A DNA stretch of 52,709 nucleotides, from assembly GCA_015065875.1 (NCBI GenBank), contig SVPK01000001.1, positions 1-52,709 of the forward strand, given 5' to 3'. Positions 1-8,575 of this stretch are shown here, piece by piece. Below the pieces are notes generated by a model. That model searched no databases and was not told the origin of the DNA. It was given only the letters and a program-made list of their open reading frames with translations. Made by a program: the position numbers and the translations under genes. Numbering within the stretch: the stretch's first letter is position 1; every line of letters starts with the position of its first letter. Source of the DNA: Oscillospiraceae bacterium (GTDB taxonomy: Bacteria; Bacillota; Clostridia; Oscillospirales; Acutalibacteraceae).

Positions 1-1375
1 TCATACTCATTGAAGACATTGACGACATAGCGCCGTTTTCGGCCATTGATGTCATAGCCGACATATCAATGTTCATATATTCGAGGATTAGGTCCTGCAT
101 TAACTTTTCGGTATCAGAGCGGATTATTTTACCATCAACATTTTGGGTATAGATAAGCATATCTAGGTCGTAGCCATATTGAATTCCGCTTACTGCATTA
201 TAAAGCTCCGAATTCGGGTCGGCCATCTTTTCGGCTAAAAACTTTTTAAAAGATACTAAATCGTTTTTGGTTTCCTCGAGGCTGTTTAGTGCATTAACGA
301 TATCATATATAGCCGATTTTTTATAAACGGCTTCTTTATCGTGGTCAATGGCACCCGATTCGAGATTCATAAATGTTTCCATTAGTGATGATAATTCAAC
401 AGTGGTTGCCTCAATGGTGAGAGGGTAGGAGGAAAGAGTGCTTTCTTGAACCTCATCAATATAGGCGGTCATGCCGTGAGAAACCGATAGAATGAGCGCA
501 ATACCAATAATTCCGATTGAACCGGCAAAAGAGGTGAGTGCGGTTCTGCCTTTTTTGGTAAAAAGGTTTTTAAGCGAAAGCATAAAAGATGTTCTAAACG
601 ACATCGAAGGCTTTTTTTCTTTGCGTTTCTTCTTGGAACATTTTTCGTTTTCCAAGTGTTCTTCGTTATCCTTCGCGATTTCGGCCTTTTCATCGTCGCT
701 TAACGGGGCAGAATCGTCAATTATTTTGCCATCGAGCATTCTAATGATACGGGAGGAATATTGGTCGGCCAGTTCGGGGTTATGGGTAACCATGATAATC
801 AAACGGTCCTGCGATATCTTTTTAAGGATTTCCATAACCTGAACGCTGGTTTGCGTATCCAAAGCGCCTGTAGGCTCATCGGCGAGTATTATATCGGGAT
901 TGTTAACAAGCGCACGTGCTATGGCAACACGCTGCATCTGTCCGCCCGACATCTCGTTAGGCTTTTTCTTTAGTTGGTCACCAAGGCCAACCTCTTCAAG
1001 CGCTTGTTTTGCTCTCGCGCGGCGCTCGGCCTTCGAAACACCCGAAAGGGTAAGTGCAAGCTCAACATTCTGCAAAACAGTTTGATGGGGGATTAGGTTG
1101 TAGGTTTGAAAAACAAAGCCAATAGAATGATTACGATAGGTATCCCAATCACGGTCCTTAAATTCTTTGGTTGATTTTCCGTTTATGATAAGGTCGCCTT
1201 CGGTATATTTATCCAAACCGCCAATTATGTTGAGCAAGGTTGTTTTTCCGCATCCCGATTGTCCCAAAATGGAAACGAACTCGCTTTTGCGAAAATCTAG
1301 GCTCACGCCCTTTAATGCCTCAACAGAGGTATCACCGGCGGAATATATTTTTCTAATGTTCTTTAAAGTTAGCAT
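1..1375 (-). CDS. MacB-type ABC transporter, fused ATPase plus permease; the 3-prime end runs off the window
   Basis: Not in the ORF track because there is no stop in the window. ATG at 1375 follows GGAGG. Translation MLTLKNIRKIY..LGQSGCGKTTLLN (Walker A), MSGGQMQRVAIARAL (signature), ILADEPTGALD (Walker B), then TM segment SFAGSIGIIGIALILSV. Confidence 0.9.
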   Translation of the reverse strand, partial: MLTLKNIRKIYSAGDTSVEALKGVSLDFRKSEFVSILGQSGCGKTTLLNIIGGLDKYTEGDLIINGKSTKEFKDRDWDTYRNHSIGFVFQTYNLIPHQTVLQNVELALTLSGVSKAERRARAKQALEEVGLGDQLKKKPNEMSGGQMQRVAIARALVNNPDIILADEPTGALDTQTSVQVMEILKKISQDRLIIMVTHNPELADQYSSRIIRMLDGKIIDDSAPLSDDEKAEIAKDNEEHLENEKCSKKKRKEKKPSMSFRTSFMLSLKNLFTKKGRTALTSFAGSIGIIGIALILSVSHGMTAYIDEVQESTLSSYPLTIEATTVELSSLMETFMNLESGAIDHDKEAVYKKSAIYDIVNALNSLEETKNDLVSFKKFLAEKMADPNSELYNAVSGIQYGYDLDMLIYTQNVDGKIIRSDTEKLMQDLILEYMNIDMSAMTSMAENGAMSSMSSMSM

Positions 1376-1531
1376 ATATCTACCTCCTTAACTTTAGTAG
1401 TATAACATATTTTTATGAATAATGTGTTACAAAAAGGTGTCAAAAATAGTTTCCAAAGTGAACATTATAATTGACATTAGACGGATTATAATGTAAAATA
1501 ACAGTAAGCTTTCCTATATTTAAGGGGGAAT

Positions 1532-2665
1532 ATGGCTGTGGAAATCGTTATTAAAGAGGTTCTTTCAGATAAGGATTTATGGAAATGGATAAAGTTTCCC
1601 AATAATCTTTATAAGGATAATGAGTATTATGTGCCGTTTTTGGCAAATGATGAGTTCGAAACCTTTACAAAGGATAAGAACCCCGCATATGCTTTCTGCG
1701 AAACAAGATTATTTTTGGCCTATAAGGGCGATGAAATTGTTGGCAGAATAGCCGGCCTCATTAACCATGCCTATAATGAAAAATGGAATAAAAACGCCAT
1801 GCGTTATACTCGATTTGATTTTATCGATGATTTCGAGGTTTCGCAAAAGCTGTTTGATACTGTTGTTGCTTGGGCAAAGGAACGCGGTCTTTCCGAGATA
1901 ATGGGACCCATCGGTTTTACCGATATGGACCATGAAGGAATGTTGGTTGAAGGTTTTGAGGAGTTCAATATGTCCATAACCTTCTATAATTATCCGTATT
2001 ATTTAACCCATATGGAGAGATTAGGCCTTCAGAAGGATATCGACTGGATAGAATATAAAATAACCGTTCCTGAGCAGGTCGACCCTCGAATAGAAAAGAT
2101 ATCTAATCATCTTATAAAGAAAAAAGGCTATGATGTTGTAACCTATACCGACCGTAAGGTTTTATATGCAGATGCTCTTGAGGCATTTAAGATTATCGAT
2201 ATCGCATTCTCCAGATTATACGGAACCGTTCCGCTTACCCCCGAGATAATTAAAAACGCAGTGGATTCTTATATACCGCTTGTAAATCTCGATTATATTT
2301 GCTCTGTTAAGACTTCTGAGGGAAAAATAATCGGATTTGGCGTTTTGGTTCCGTCTATCGCTAAGGCGCTAAAGAAATCAAATGGTAAGATGTTACCGTT
2401 TGGAGCCGTTCGTATGCTTAAGGCGCTAAAAGGCAAAAACGATACTCTTGAGATGTTCTTTGTTGCGGTTGACCCCGAGTATCAGCTTCAGGGTGTTCCT
2501 GCGATACTCATTAGCGTTTTAACCAAGAAGATTATTGAAAATGGTGTTCGTTATTGCGAAACCGGACCTATGCTTGAAACTAATTCTGCGGTTCACAGTA
2601 TGTGGCGTCATTTCGATAAGAAGCAGCATCGTCGTCGCCGTTGCTACATAAAAAATATCGATTAA
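1532..2665 (+). CDS. GNAT-like N-acetyltransferase family protein (conserved hypothetical)
   Basis: 377-aa ORF with RBS GGGGGA before the ATG. Followed by a terminator. The family call comes from overall sequence resemblance only. Confidence 0.6.
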   Translation: MAVEIVIKEVLSDKDLWKWIKFPNNLYKDNEYYVPFLANDEFETFTKDKNPAYAFCETRLFLAYKGDEIVGRIAGLINHAYNEKWNKNAMRYTRFDFIDDFEVSQKLFDTVVAWAKERGLSEIMGPIGFTDMDHEGMLVEGFEEFNMSITFYNYPYYLTHMERLGLQKDIDWIEYKITVPEQVDPRIEKISNHLIKKKGYDVVTYTDRKVLYADALEAFKIIDIAFSRLYGTVPLTPEIIKNAVDSYIPLVNLDYICSVKTSEGKIIGFGVLVPSIAKALKKSNGKMLPFGAVRMLKALKGKNDTLEMFFVAVDPEYQLQGVPAILISVLTKKIIENGVRYCETGPMLETNSAVHSMWRHFDKKQHRRRRCYIKNID

Positions 2666-2671
2666 TATTAA

Positions 2672-2702
2672 TCCGAAAAGGGAAGTCCCTTTTCGGATTT
2701 TT
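2672..2702 (+). terminator. Rho-independent terminator after the GNAT gene
   Basis: Hairpin AATCCGAAAAGGGA/TCCCTTTTCGGATT followed by a T run. Confidence 0.8.
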
Positions 2703-2706
2703 TGTG

Positions 2707-2735
2707 TTGACAATATATTTTCTTATTGATATAAT
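2707..2735 (+). promoter_or_regulatory. Sigma-A type promoter for the tRNA-Leu transcript
   Basis: TTGACA (2707-2712), 17-nt spacer, TATAAT (2730-2735). Confidence 0.75.
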
Positions 2736-2750
2736 ATTACTTGTTCGAGA

Positions 2751-2974
2751 GTTGAATATGCGGATGTGGCGGAATAGGCAGCTTTATGAACAAGCGCACC
2801 CTGTGGGTGATGCAGCGAAGTTCATAAAGGTGCAGCGGTCGAAATTTTAGCCGGTAGGCAATAAAATTTCGGGAACCGCAAATGTCTCGCGGAGCGCGGA
2901 TGCCGTTCCGTATTTATCTTTCAGAACAAGTTTTTTATGCAATGTTTAATATGCGGATGTGGCGGAATAGGCAG
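2751..2974 (+). repeat. Direct repeat of 31 nt (one mismatch, period 193 nt) that duplicates the first 22 nt of tRNA-Leu plus its upstream 9 nt
   Basis: GTT[G/T]AATATGCGGATGTGGCGGAATAGGCAG occurs at 2751-2781 and 2944-2974. The 162-nt spacer between the copies contains long hairpins. Confidence 0.9.
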
Positions 2975-3039
2975 ACGCGCTAGATTCAGGTTCTAGTGAG
3001 AGCAATCTCATGTGGGTTCAAGTCCCTTCATCCGCACCA
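2953..3039 (+). tRNA. tRNA-Leu(CAG), class II with long variable arm, CCA encoded
   Basis: Acceptor GCGGATG/CATCCGC. Anticodon stem CTAGA/TCTAG with loop TTCAGGT. T-loop TTCAAGT. 3-prime ACCA. Confidence 0.95.
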
Positions 3040-3042
3040 CTT

Positions 3043-3077
3043 AAAAAAGAACTAACCATCTTGGTTGGTTCTTTTTT
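3043..3077 (+). terminator. Terminator after tRNA-Leu
   Basis: AGAACTAACCA/TGGTTGGTTCT hairpin plus T run. Confidence 0.75.
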
Positions 3078-3095
3078 CTATGATTAATAGCTTAT

Positions 3096-3133
3096 AACAA
3101 AAAAGAGCAGATGCTTATGGCATCTGCTCTTTA
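3096..3133 (-). terminator. Terminator of the cohesin/dockerin operon
   Basis: AGAGCAGATGC/GCATCTGCTCT hairpin with a T run on the minus strand. Confidence 0.75.
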
Positions 3134-3141
3134 AATTTTAA

Positions 3142-4530
3142 TTATTTCTTTTTCTTTTTAGCGATAACAACCGCGGCTACACCGCCAATAACGAGAACGG
3201 CTGCAGCAGCAATAATAATTATTATCATATTGTTGCTCGATTCCTCGGCGGGCTTTGCGATTACGGGGATAACCTCTTCAACCTTATCGCCACAAGCGCT
3301 GCAGGTTTTTACAGAAAGGCCTTCCTCGGTTTCGGTTGCTTCCTTTTGAACAACTGCCTCACCGTAAGAGTGGCCCTTTGCGGGGATGGTCTCATCCGAA
3401 GTCTTGCCGCAAACAGTGCACTTGCCGGTTTTCTTTCCGGCCTCAAGGCAGGTGGCTTCCTTGGTTACGGTAGCCGCGCCCATCTTATGTCCGGTTGCTT
3501 TTATGGTGTTGGTTGTTTCTTTGCCACAAACAGTGCATTTACCTGTTTCGATACCTGTTTCGGTGCAGGTGGGCTCTTTTGTTACGGTTGGGTTAGAGAA
3601 TTTATGACCGAGAGCATCAACATTCTTTACTTCCTTATATGAACATTTGGAGCATGCACGCTGCTGCTCACCCTTTGCATCACAGGTGGGAGCCTTAGTC
3701 TGTGTCCAGGCGCCAAGCTTATGTCCTGTTGCCTTAACATCACGTTTCTCAACCTTGTTGCAGATAGAGCAGGTGCGAGTTTCCTGACCTTTAGTGGTGC
3801 AGGAAGGAGCTTTGCTCTGTGTCCATGCGCCGAAGGTATGAGTATTGGTTTTAGCGATAGCGACATCCTTGGTAGCACCGCAACCTATTGCTGTGCAGGT
3901 ATAGTGTTTGTTGCCGACTTCTTTGCAGTTAGCGGTTTTGTTGATTGTTCCGTTATCCCAGGTATGTGCATTGGTTTCAATATTGCCGCAAGCAGAACAG
4001 GTGCGGGTATGGTTGGTGGCATCCTTTTTGGTGTAGTTTCCATAGTTATGAGTCTTGCACTTAACCTTAACGGTTGCGGTTGCATTTGAGAAGGTGTTCT
4101 TGCTGCCGCTTGCATCACGGGATTCGCTGAAGGTAATGGTTACATTATGGTTGCCTATAGTAGCGGAATCCTTGATTTTAAAGGTTAATGTTGCAATTTT
4201 GCCTGTTTTAGTATTGTTGGTAGTTGCGAGTGAATCCGCCCAACGAACGGTGTAGGGGGAGCTAATGGTAGGCGCAGGTGTTGTCCAACCTGCGAGGAGA
4301 CCTGCGTTAGATACTCCTGTAAGCTCAAGGCTTGTATCCCACGAAACGGTAAATTTCATAGTAATAAGGCCGGGGTTAGAATTAAGGTTTACATTTACCG
4401 TAACCGTATCTCCTTGCTTACCTTCAGCATTTGAAAGTGCTAACGTGCCAGTTCCTGCTGCGGAGGCAGGAACGCAAAACAAAGCAAAAATTAAAATTAA
4501 AGTTATTAAAATCGATATTATTTTTTTCAT
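3142..4530 (-). CDS. Membrane-anchored cohesin-domain protein with tandem Cys-rich 39-aa modules
   Basis: Signal peptide. Cohesin-like segment GTLALSNAEGKQGDTVTVNVNLNSNPGLITMKFTVSWD. Five regular GHK.G...C(x8-9)CxxC modules. C-terminal TM IIIIIAAAAVLVIGGVAAVVIA plus KKKKK. ATG at 4530 follows AAGGTGA. Confidence 0.8.
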   Translation of the reverse strand: MKKIISILITLILIFALFCVPASAAGTGTLALSNAEGKQGDTVTVNVNLNSNPGLITMKFTVSWDTSLELTGVSNAGLLAGWTTPAPTISSPYTVRWADSLATTNNTKTGKIATLTFKIKDSATIGNHNVTITFSESRDASGSKNTFSNATATVKVKCKTHNYGNYTKKDATNHTRTCSACGNIETNAHTWDNGTINKTANCKEVGNKHYTCTAIGCGATKDVAIAKTNTHTFGAWTQSKAPSCTTKGQETRTCSICNKVEKRDVKATGHKLGAWTQTKAPTCDAKGEQQRACSKCSYKEVKNVDALGHKFSNPTVTKEPTCTETGIETGKCTVCGKETTNTIKATGHKMGAATVTKEATCLEAGKKTGKCTVCGKTSDETIPAKGHSYGEAVVQKEATETEEGLSVKTCSACGDKVEEVIPVIAKPAEESSNNMIIIIIAAAAVLVIGGVAAVVIAKKKKK

Positions 4531-4542
4531 TTTTATCACCTT

Positions 4543-7500
4543 TTATTCCCAGATTAATTTCGGTAATTGTCCATTTACTAAGCACCAATAATCCGTACTC
4601 CAACCAAGAGTATTTTCTATAAATGAAGCTGATTTAAAGTTTGACGAATTTGTGCCTGTTCCATAATTGCTACCCGAATAACTATTGGTGGCCCCATCGT
4701 AATTATATGTAGCTTGTGCACGACCACATAAGTCGCTTGCATAATAGCAATTGTTAACGCTAAGAGTGCCATAAATGCTTACACAAATTCCCGCAGAAAC
4801 TCTTACACAAGAGAATGAATTGTTAATTACCATATTAGTATCTGCTACCATACCCGAAGTAATGCCATATGCAGAATTCGGATACGGTCCACTGCCAGAT
4901 GGTGTTGCAACTACACTTACTGAACCGGTAGTATAACAATTTTCAATCGTACCACTTCCAGATGCTGCTATACCACATGCTAAAGGATAAGTTCTTTTTA
5001 TCTTAAGCGAACCTTTAAAATAGGAATTTGAAATGGTACCATTATTTATTCCCACAAGACCTCCGCCATTATTGGCAGTTACATCTATTGTAGTATTACT
5101 ATAACATCCGATAATTCTTCCTGTATTTGTGGCAACCAACCCCGAAACACTTTCATAAGCGCCGTTATCAAATAATCTTGTGTAAACAAAACCTTTATTT
5201 GATGCCGAAAACTTAATTGTACCGCCATTAGTAGTTATTAAACCTTTATTACCTATGCATCTATAAACATATCCATAATTAGTGTCTGCTAACGCATGGT
5301 TGGCTACTTCAATATTTCGTACAGTTGCACTGCCAGAGATGACGCCAAAAGGCTTTGCTCCGATAATCACATAATCGTTTCCGTTAATATAACCTTTGAA
5401 CGAATTAGATGAATCACAAATCGTTGCACTAATGGATATGTTGTTCGTTAACTCATACACTCCGGAAGGATCGTAAACTATCGTTTCGAAATCAGCTCCG
5501 GAAGAAATATATGTGCCATCGAAAGACCATTTTGCATAAAGTGTCACGTCTTCCATTCTGCTTCCTTGAAGAACTTCAATTTCATTTTCAAAATTCGAAT
5601 CAAGGAACCAACCTTCAAAGGTGTGATATTCATCAAAATATGCTTCCTTAAGCGTAATTTCACTATCGGTGTTATAAATAATGGGATTATCATTAGTTAT
5701 ATCGTCATACTTAGAAACATAGCCAATTGAATATGTATTGGGTGTCCAAAGAGCAGTAATTATAATATTACCAAAGCTGCCTGAACCGACTTTTGTTACA
5801 ACTTCACCGTTTAAATCCCAGCCATTAAATACATAGCCTTCTTTTGAAATATTTGCTAATTCGATGTCTTCCGATTCAATTGTATACTCACACAGATTAT
5901 TATGATCTACATCCTTGGTATTTGCATAGGTAATAGAATATGTAATCAGAGACCATTTAGCTGTTAAAATTTTATCTCCAATGTTGCCAATGGAAATAGT
6001 TGTAACCTTTTCGTCTCCTACATACCAACCATCGAAAGTATAACCATCTACTGAAATATCTTGCAATGTAATAGCATTTTCTATGGTGTATTCAAGAGGA
6101 TTGTTGTTCGTTGCACCTTTGGTATCCTCATATGTCAATGTATATACAATGGGCGACCATTGAGCAATAATTTCAATATCACCAAATGTTCCACTGTCAA
6201 TTTTGTCTACCTTGCTGCCATTAATATACCAGCCGTCAAATATATATCCTGTTGCCGAAATATCAGATAATAGAATTGTATTCGATTCAATAGTATATGA
6301 TGTTGAATTAGAGTTTTCAGCATCCTTTGTATTCTTGTATGTGATTGAGTAAATAACTGGTGTCCAACGAGCAGACAATATCTTTTGTCCGTATGAACCG
6401 ACATTAATAGTTTCTACCTTTTCATCGTTGAGATACCAACCCTCAAAAATATAACCGTCCACAGAAATATCTTGCAATATTATCACATCTTCAACTGTGT
6501 AAGAAACAGGGTTGCTATTTGTTGCACCCTTTGTGTTTTGATATAAAAGATTGTAGGAAATCGGTGTCCAATGAGCAACTAACTCTATATCACCTATATT
6601 TCCTGCCGGTATGGACAAAACTTTATTGCCGTTTAAATACCAACCGTCAAACGTATAGTGTTCGGCAGAAATGTTCTTTAAATAAATTGTTCCAGTTTCT
6701 ACCGTATACTCTAATGGATTGTTATTTGTTGCTCCTTTTGTATTAGAATATGTAATAGTATAACTGGTTGCGGACCATTTAGCAGTTAAACTTATATTAC
6801 CATAAGAACCTTTTTCAATTTGTTCTACTTTTGTATTACCTTTATACCATCCCTCGAAATTATATCCGACGTATTGCAAATCTAACAATTCAAATGTTTC
6901 GGTAGTAATAGCGTAGTTCATAGGATTGAAATTTTCCGCACCTTTAGTATTGGAATAAGTAATAGTATATTCATTTAATGTATAATCTGCATATATGGTA
7001 ATATTATTTGCTGTAATAGTATAACTCTGCCACGCTCCAGTATAACCGGCCTTTGAAGGAACATTTGGAATGTTTTCTAATACAGAATCTTCAATAGTGA
7101 AATAGCGTGTAGCTACAATTTCTCCTTCTGCAACAAAGGTAGCAGAATATGTTATAGGCATCCACTTTGCAGTGAGCTCTACATTGCCAATTGTTCCTTT
7201 TGGAATTTGTGCCACCTTGATACCATTATTATACCAACCGTCAAAGGTGTATCCCTCTTTTTGTAGGTCTAAAAGGATTATAGTATCGCTGTCGGTGTTG
7301 AATCCGGTGGCATTATTATTAATAGCACCTTTAGTATTGTTATATGTGATCGAATAGTCACAAGGTGTCCATTTTGCAGTCAGAACAATATTCCCGCTGC
7401 TTCCAACTGGTATACTTGTTATTCTTGTATCTCCGTTATACCAGCCATTGAAAATGTATCCTTCTGCATTAATATTTGACAAAGCGATTGTAGAACTTTC

Positions 7501-8076
7501 AATGTTATAGTGTGTCGGATTGCTATTGCTTGCACCTTTTGTATTGTTATAAGAAATGTTGTACTCTATCGGTGTCCATTTCGCAGTCAAACTAAGATCA
7601 CCGTTTTGATTTGCGGGAATTGAAGTGTATTTTTGATTATCAACATACCACCCATCAAAAGTATAATGTGGTGCAGAAATCTCTAACAAATTAGTTTCTA
7701 CATTACCATACTGTAGACTGTTGGGATTCGTGTTTGTTGCACCTTTAGTGTTCAAATATATAATGTTAAAGGCGAGTTTCTTTCCAACCTCTGTGATTAC
7801 TGACCAGCCGGCAAGGGTGCGATCAAACATAACGCCATCCCAGTCGGTAATCTCACCATCGCCGTCAATATCAAAAATCAAAGTATCAGGCACGTCAACA
7901 TTCCATCCAGCTAAATATCTAGCTAATAGAACACCATCCCAATCGGTTATTTCTTCATCCAGATCTAAGTCTCCAACCATTTTAAATGAGTTATTTGTTG
8001 TTGCCGCAAAAACATTCAATGGCAATATTGTAAAGGATAGTACAACAACTAATATTAAAGAAAGTAGTTTTTTCAT
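4543..8076 (-). CDS. Secreted dockerin-containing protein with 11 Listeria-Bacteroides (InlB B-type) repeats and a C-terminal GLUG-like region
   Basis: Signal peptide. Duplicated EF-hand-like dockerin segments DLDEEITDWDGVLLARYLAGW and DIDGDGEITDWDGVMFDRTLAGW. Then 11 repeats of Y.ITY.NTKGA.N.NP..Y...GY.F.GWY...LTAKWTP. Tail motif GGLVGINNGTISNSY. Confidence 0.85.
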   Translation of the reverse strand: MKKLLSLILVVVLSFTILPLNVFAATTNNSFKMVGDLDLDEEITDWDGVLLARYLAGWNVDVPDTLIFDIDGDGEITDWDGVMFDRTLAGWSVITEVGKKLAFNIIYLNTKGATNTNPNSLQYGNVETNLLEISAPHYTFDGWYVDNQKYTSIPANQNGDLSLTAKWTPIEYNISYNNTKGASNSNPTHYNIESSTIALSNINAEGYIFNGWYNGDTRITSIPVGSSGNIVLTAKWTPCDYSITYNNTKGAINNNATGFNTDSDTIILLDLQKEGYTFDGWYNNGIKVAQIPKGTIGNVELTAKWMPITYSATFVAEGEIVATRYFTIEDSVLENIPNVPSKAGYTGAWQSYTITANNITIYADYTLNEYTITYSNTKGAENFNPMNYAITTETFELLDLQYVGYNFEGWYKGNTKVEQIEKGSYGNISLTAKWSATSYTITYSNTKGATNNNPLEYTVETGTIYLKNISAEHYTFDGWYLNGNKVLSIPAGNIGDIELVAHWTPISYNLLYQNTKGATNSNPVSYTVEDVIILQDISVDGYIFEGWYLNDEKVETINVGSYGQKILSARWTPVIYSITYKNTKDAENSNSTSYTIESNTILLSDISATGYIFDGWYINGSKVDKIDSGTFGDIEIIAQWSPIVYTLTYEDTKGATNNNPLEYTIENAITLQDISVDGYTFDGWYVGDEKVTTISIGNIGDKILTAKWSLITYSITYANTKDVDHNNLCEYTIESEDIELANISKEGYVFNGWDLNGEVVTKVGSGSFGNIIITALWTPNTYSIGYVSKYDDITNDNPIIYNTDSEITLKEAYFDEYHTFEGWFLDSNFENEIEVLQGSRMEDVTLYAKWSFDGTYISSGADFETIVYDPSGVYELTNNISISATICDSSNSFKGYINGNDYVIIGAKPFGVISGSATVRNIEVANHALADTNYGYVYRCIGNKGLITTNGGTIKFSASNKGFVYTRLFDNGAYESVSGLVATNTGRIIGCYSNTTIDVTANNGGGLVGINNGTISNSYFKGSLKIKRTYPLACGIAASGSGTIENCYTTGSVSVVATPSGSGPYPNSAYGITSGMVADTNMVINNSFSCVRVSAGICVSIYGTLSVNNCYYASDLCGRAQATYNYDGATNSYSGSNYGTGTNSSNFKSASFIENTLGWSTDYWCLVNGQLPKLIWE
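5521..7770 (-). repeat. Coding tandem repeat array, 11 units of about 204-213 nt (60-71 aa)
   Basis: Repeat units counted from the translation, aa 103-852 of the 1177-aa protein. Confidence 0.9.
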
Positions 8077-8101
8077 TATATATTTCCTTTCAAATTAATT
8101 T

Positions 8102-8419
8102 TTAAACCTGTCGATATATTTCTAGTTTTCTATCAAAAAGTTTTGTGATTGCTTCTTCTATGTCTGCATCCTCAACAACATCAATAGGAATTGAACCGCA
8201 ACAACACAAATAAGCACAACATCTTTTGTCATTAAAAAATTTGCCCAGCGCTTCGGTATAAAATTTATTTTTGTGCTCTAGTAATTGATTAAGAACTTCT
8301 TCAAGTTGCATACCATATTGATATTTCTCGTCTCGACTCACAGGTATGTTGAATCTGATTATTTCGTTGGCTCTTTTTATTAAATCGTTATTTGGTTTTA
8401 TTGTTATTGTTATTTTCAT
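8102..8419 (-). CDS. Hypothetical small protein with a CCAYLCCCG cysteine cluster; first gene of the cohesin/dockerin operon
   Basis: ORF with ATG at 8419 downstream of GGGTGG. No family recognised. Confidence 0.5.
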   Translation of the reverse strand: MKITITIKPNNDLIKRANEIIRFNIPVSRDEKYQYGMQLEEVLNQLLEHKNKFYTEALGKFFNDKRCCAYLCCCGSIPIDVVEDADIEEAITKLFDRKLEIYRQV

Positions 8420-8443
8420 TTTTATGTTTACCACCCTATGTAA

Positions 8444-8538
8444 TTAGTTATATATCACTAATTGTATACCAAACGCCGTCGATTGTCAATAGTAGTTAGT
8501 GATAAATAACTAACAAAGAATTTTATAGTGATATATCA
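8444..8538. promoter_or_regulatory. Three copies of an operator-like motif in the divergent intergenic region
   Basis: TTAGTTATATATCACTAA (8444-8461). Its near-exact reverse complement TTAGTGATAAATAACTAA (8496-8513). TAGTGATATATCA (8526-8538). Confidence 0.5.
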
Positions 8539-8575
8539 TCTATACATAAAAATACTAACAATGTGGGTGATAAGT

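Noticed and set aside
469-1391. Several 60-116-aa plus-strand ORFs at the left edge
   Set aside because: They are antisense to the MacB-type ABC transporter gene, which has Walker A/B and signature motifs but is missing from the track because it runs off the window.
2786-2827. 13-codon mini-ORF (MNKRTLWVMQRSS) in the tRNA-Leu leader, as a possible leader peptide
   Set aside because: It has no RBS, it lies inside the 10-bp stem, and its codons show no leucine-specific attenuation logic.
2641-2850. 69-aa plus-strand ORF after the GNAT gene
   Set aside because: It spans a terminator, a consensus promoter and the tRNA leader, and has no RBS.
2740-2952. T-box or other known riboswitch in the tRNA-Leu leader
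   Set aside because: There is no T-box sequence, specifier loop layout, or other family signature that I can recognise. It is reported only as an unexplained structured leader.
5521-7770. Regularly spaced repeats that could be mistaken for a CRISPR array
   Set aside because: The units are about 207 nt, contiguous with no spacers, and lie in frame inside a 1177-aa ORF that encodes protein repeats. No CRISPR array was seen anywhere in the window.
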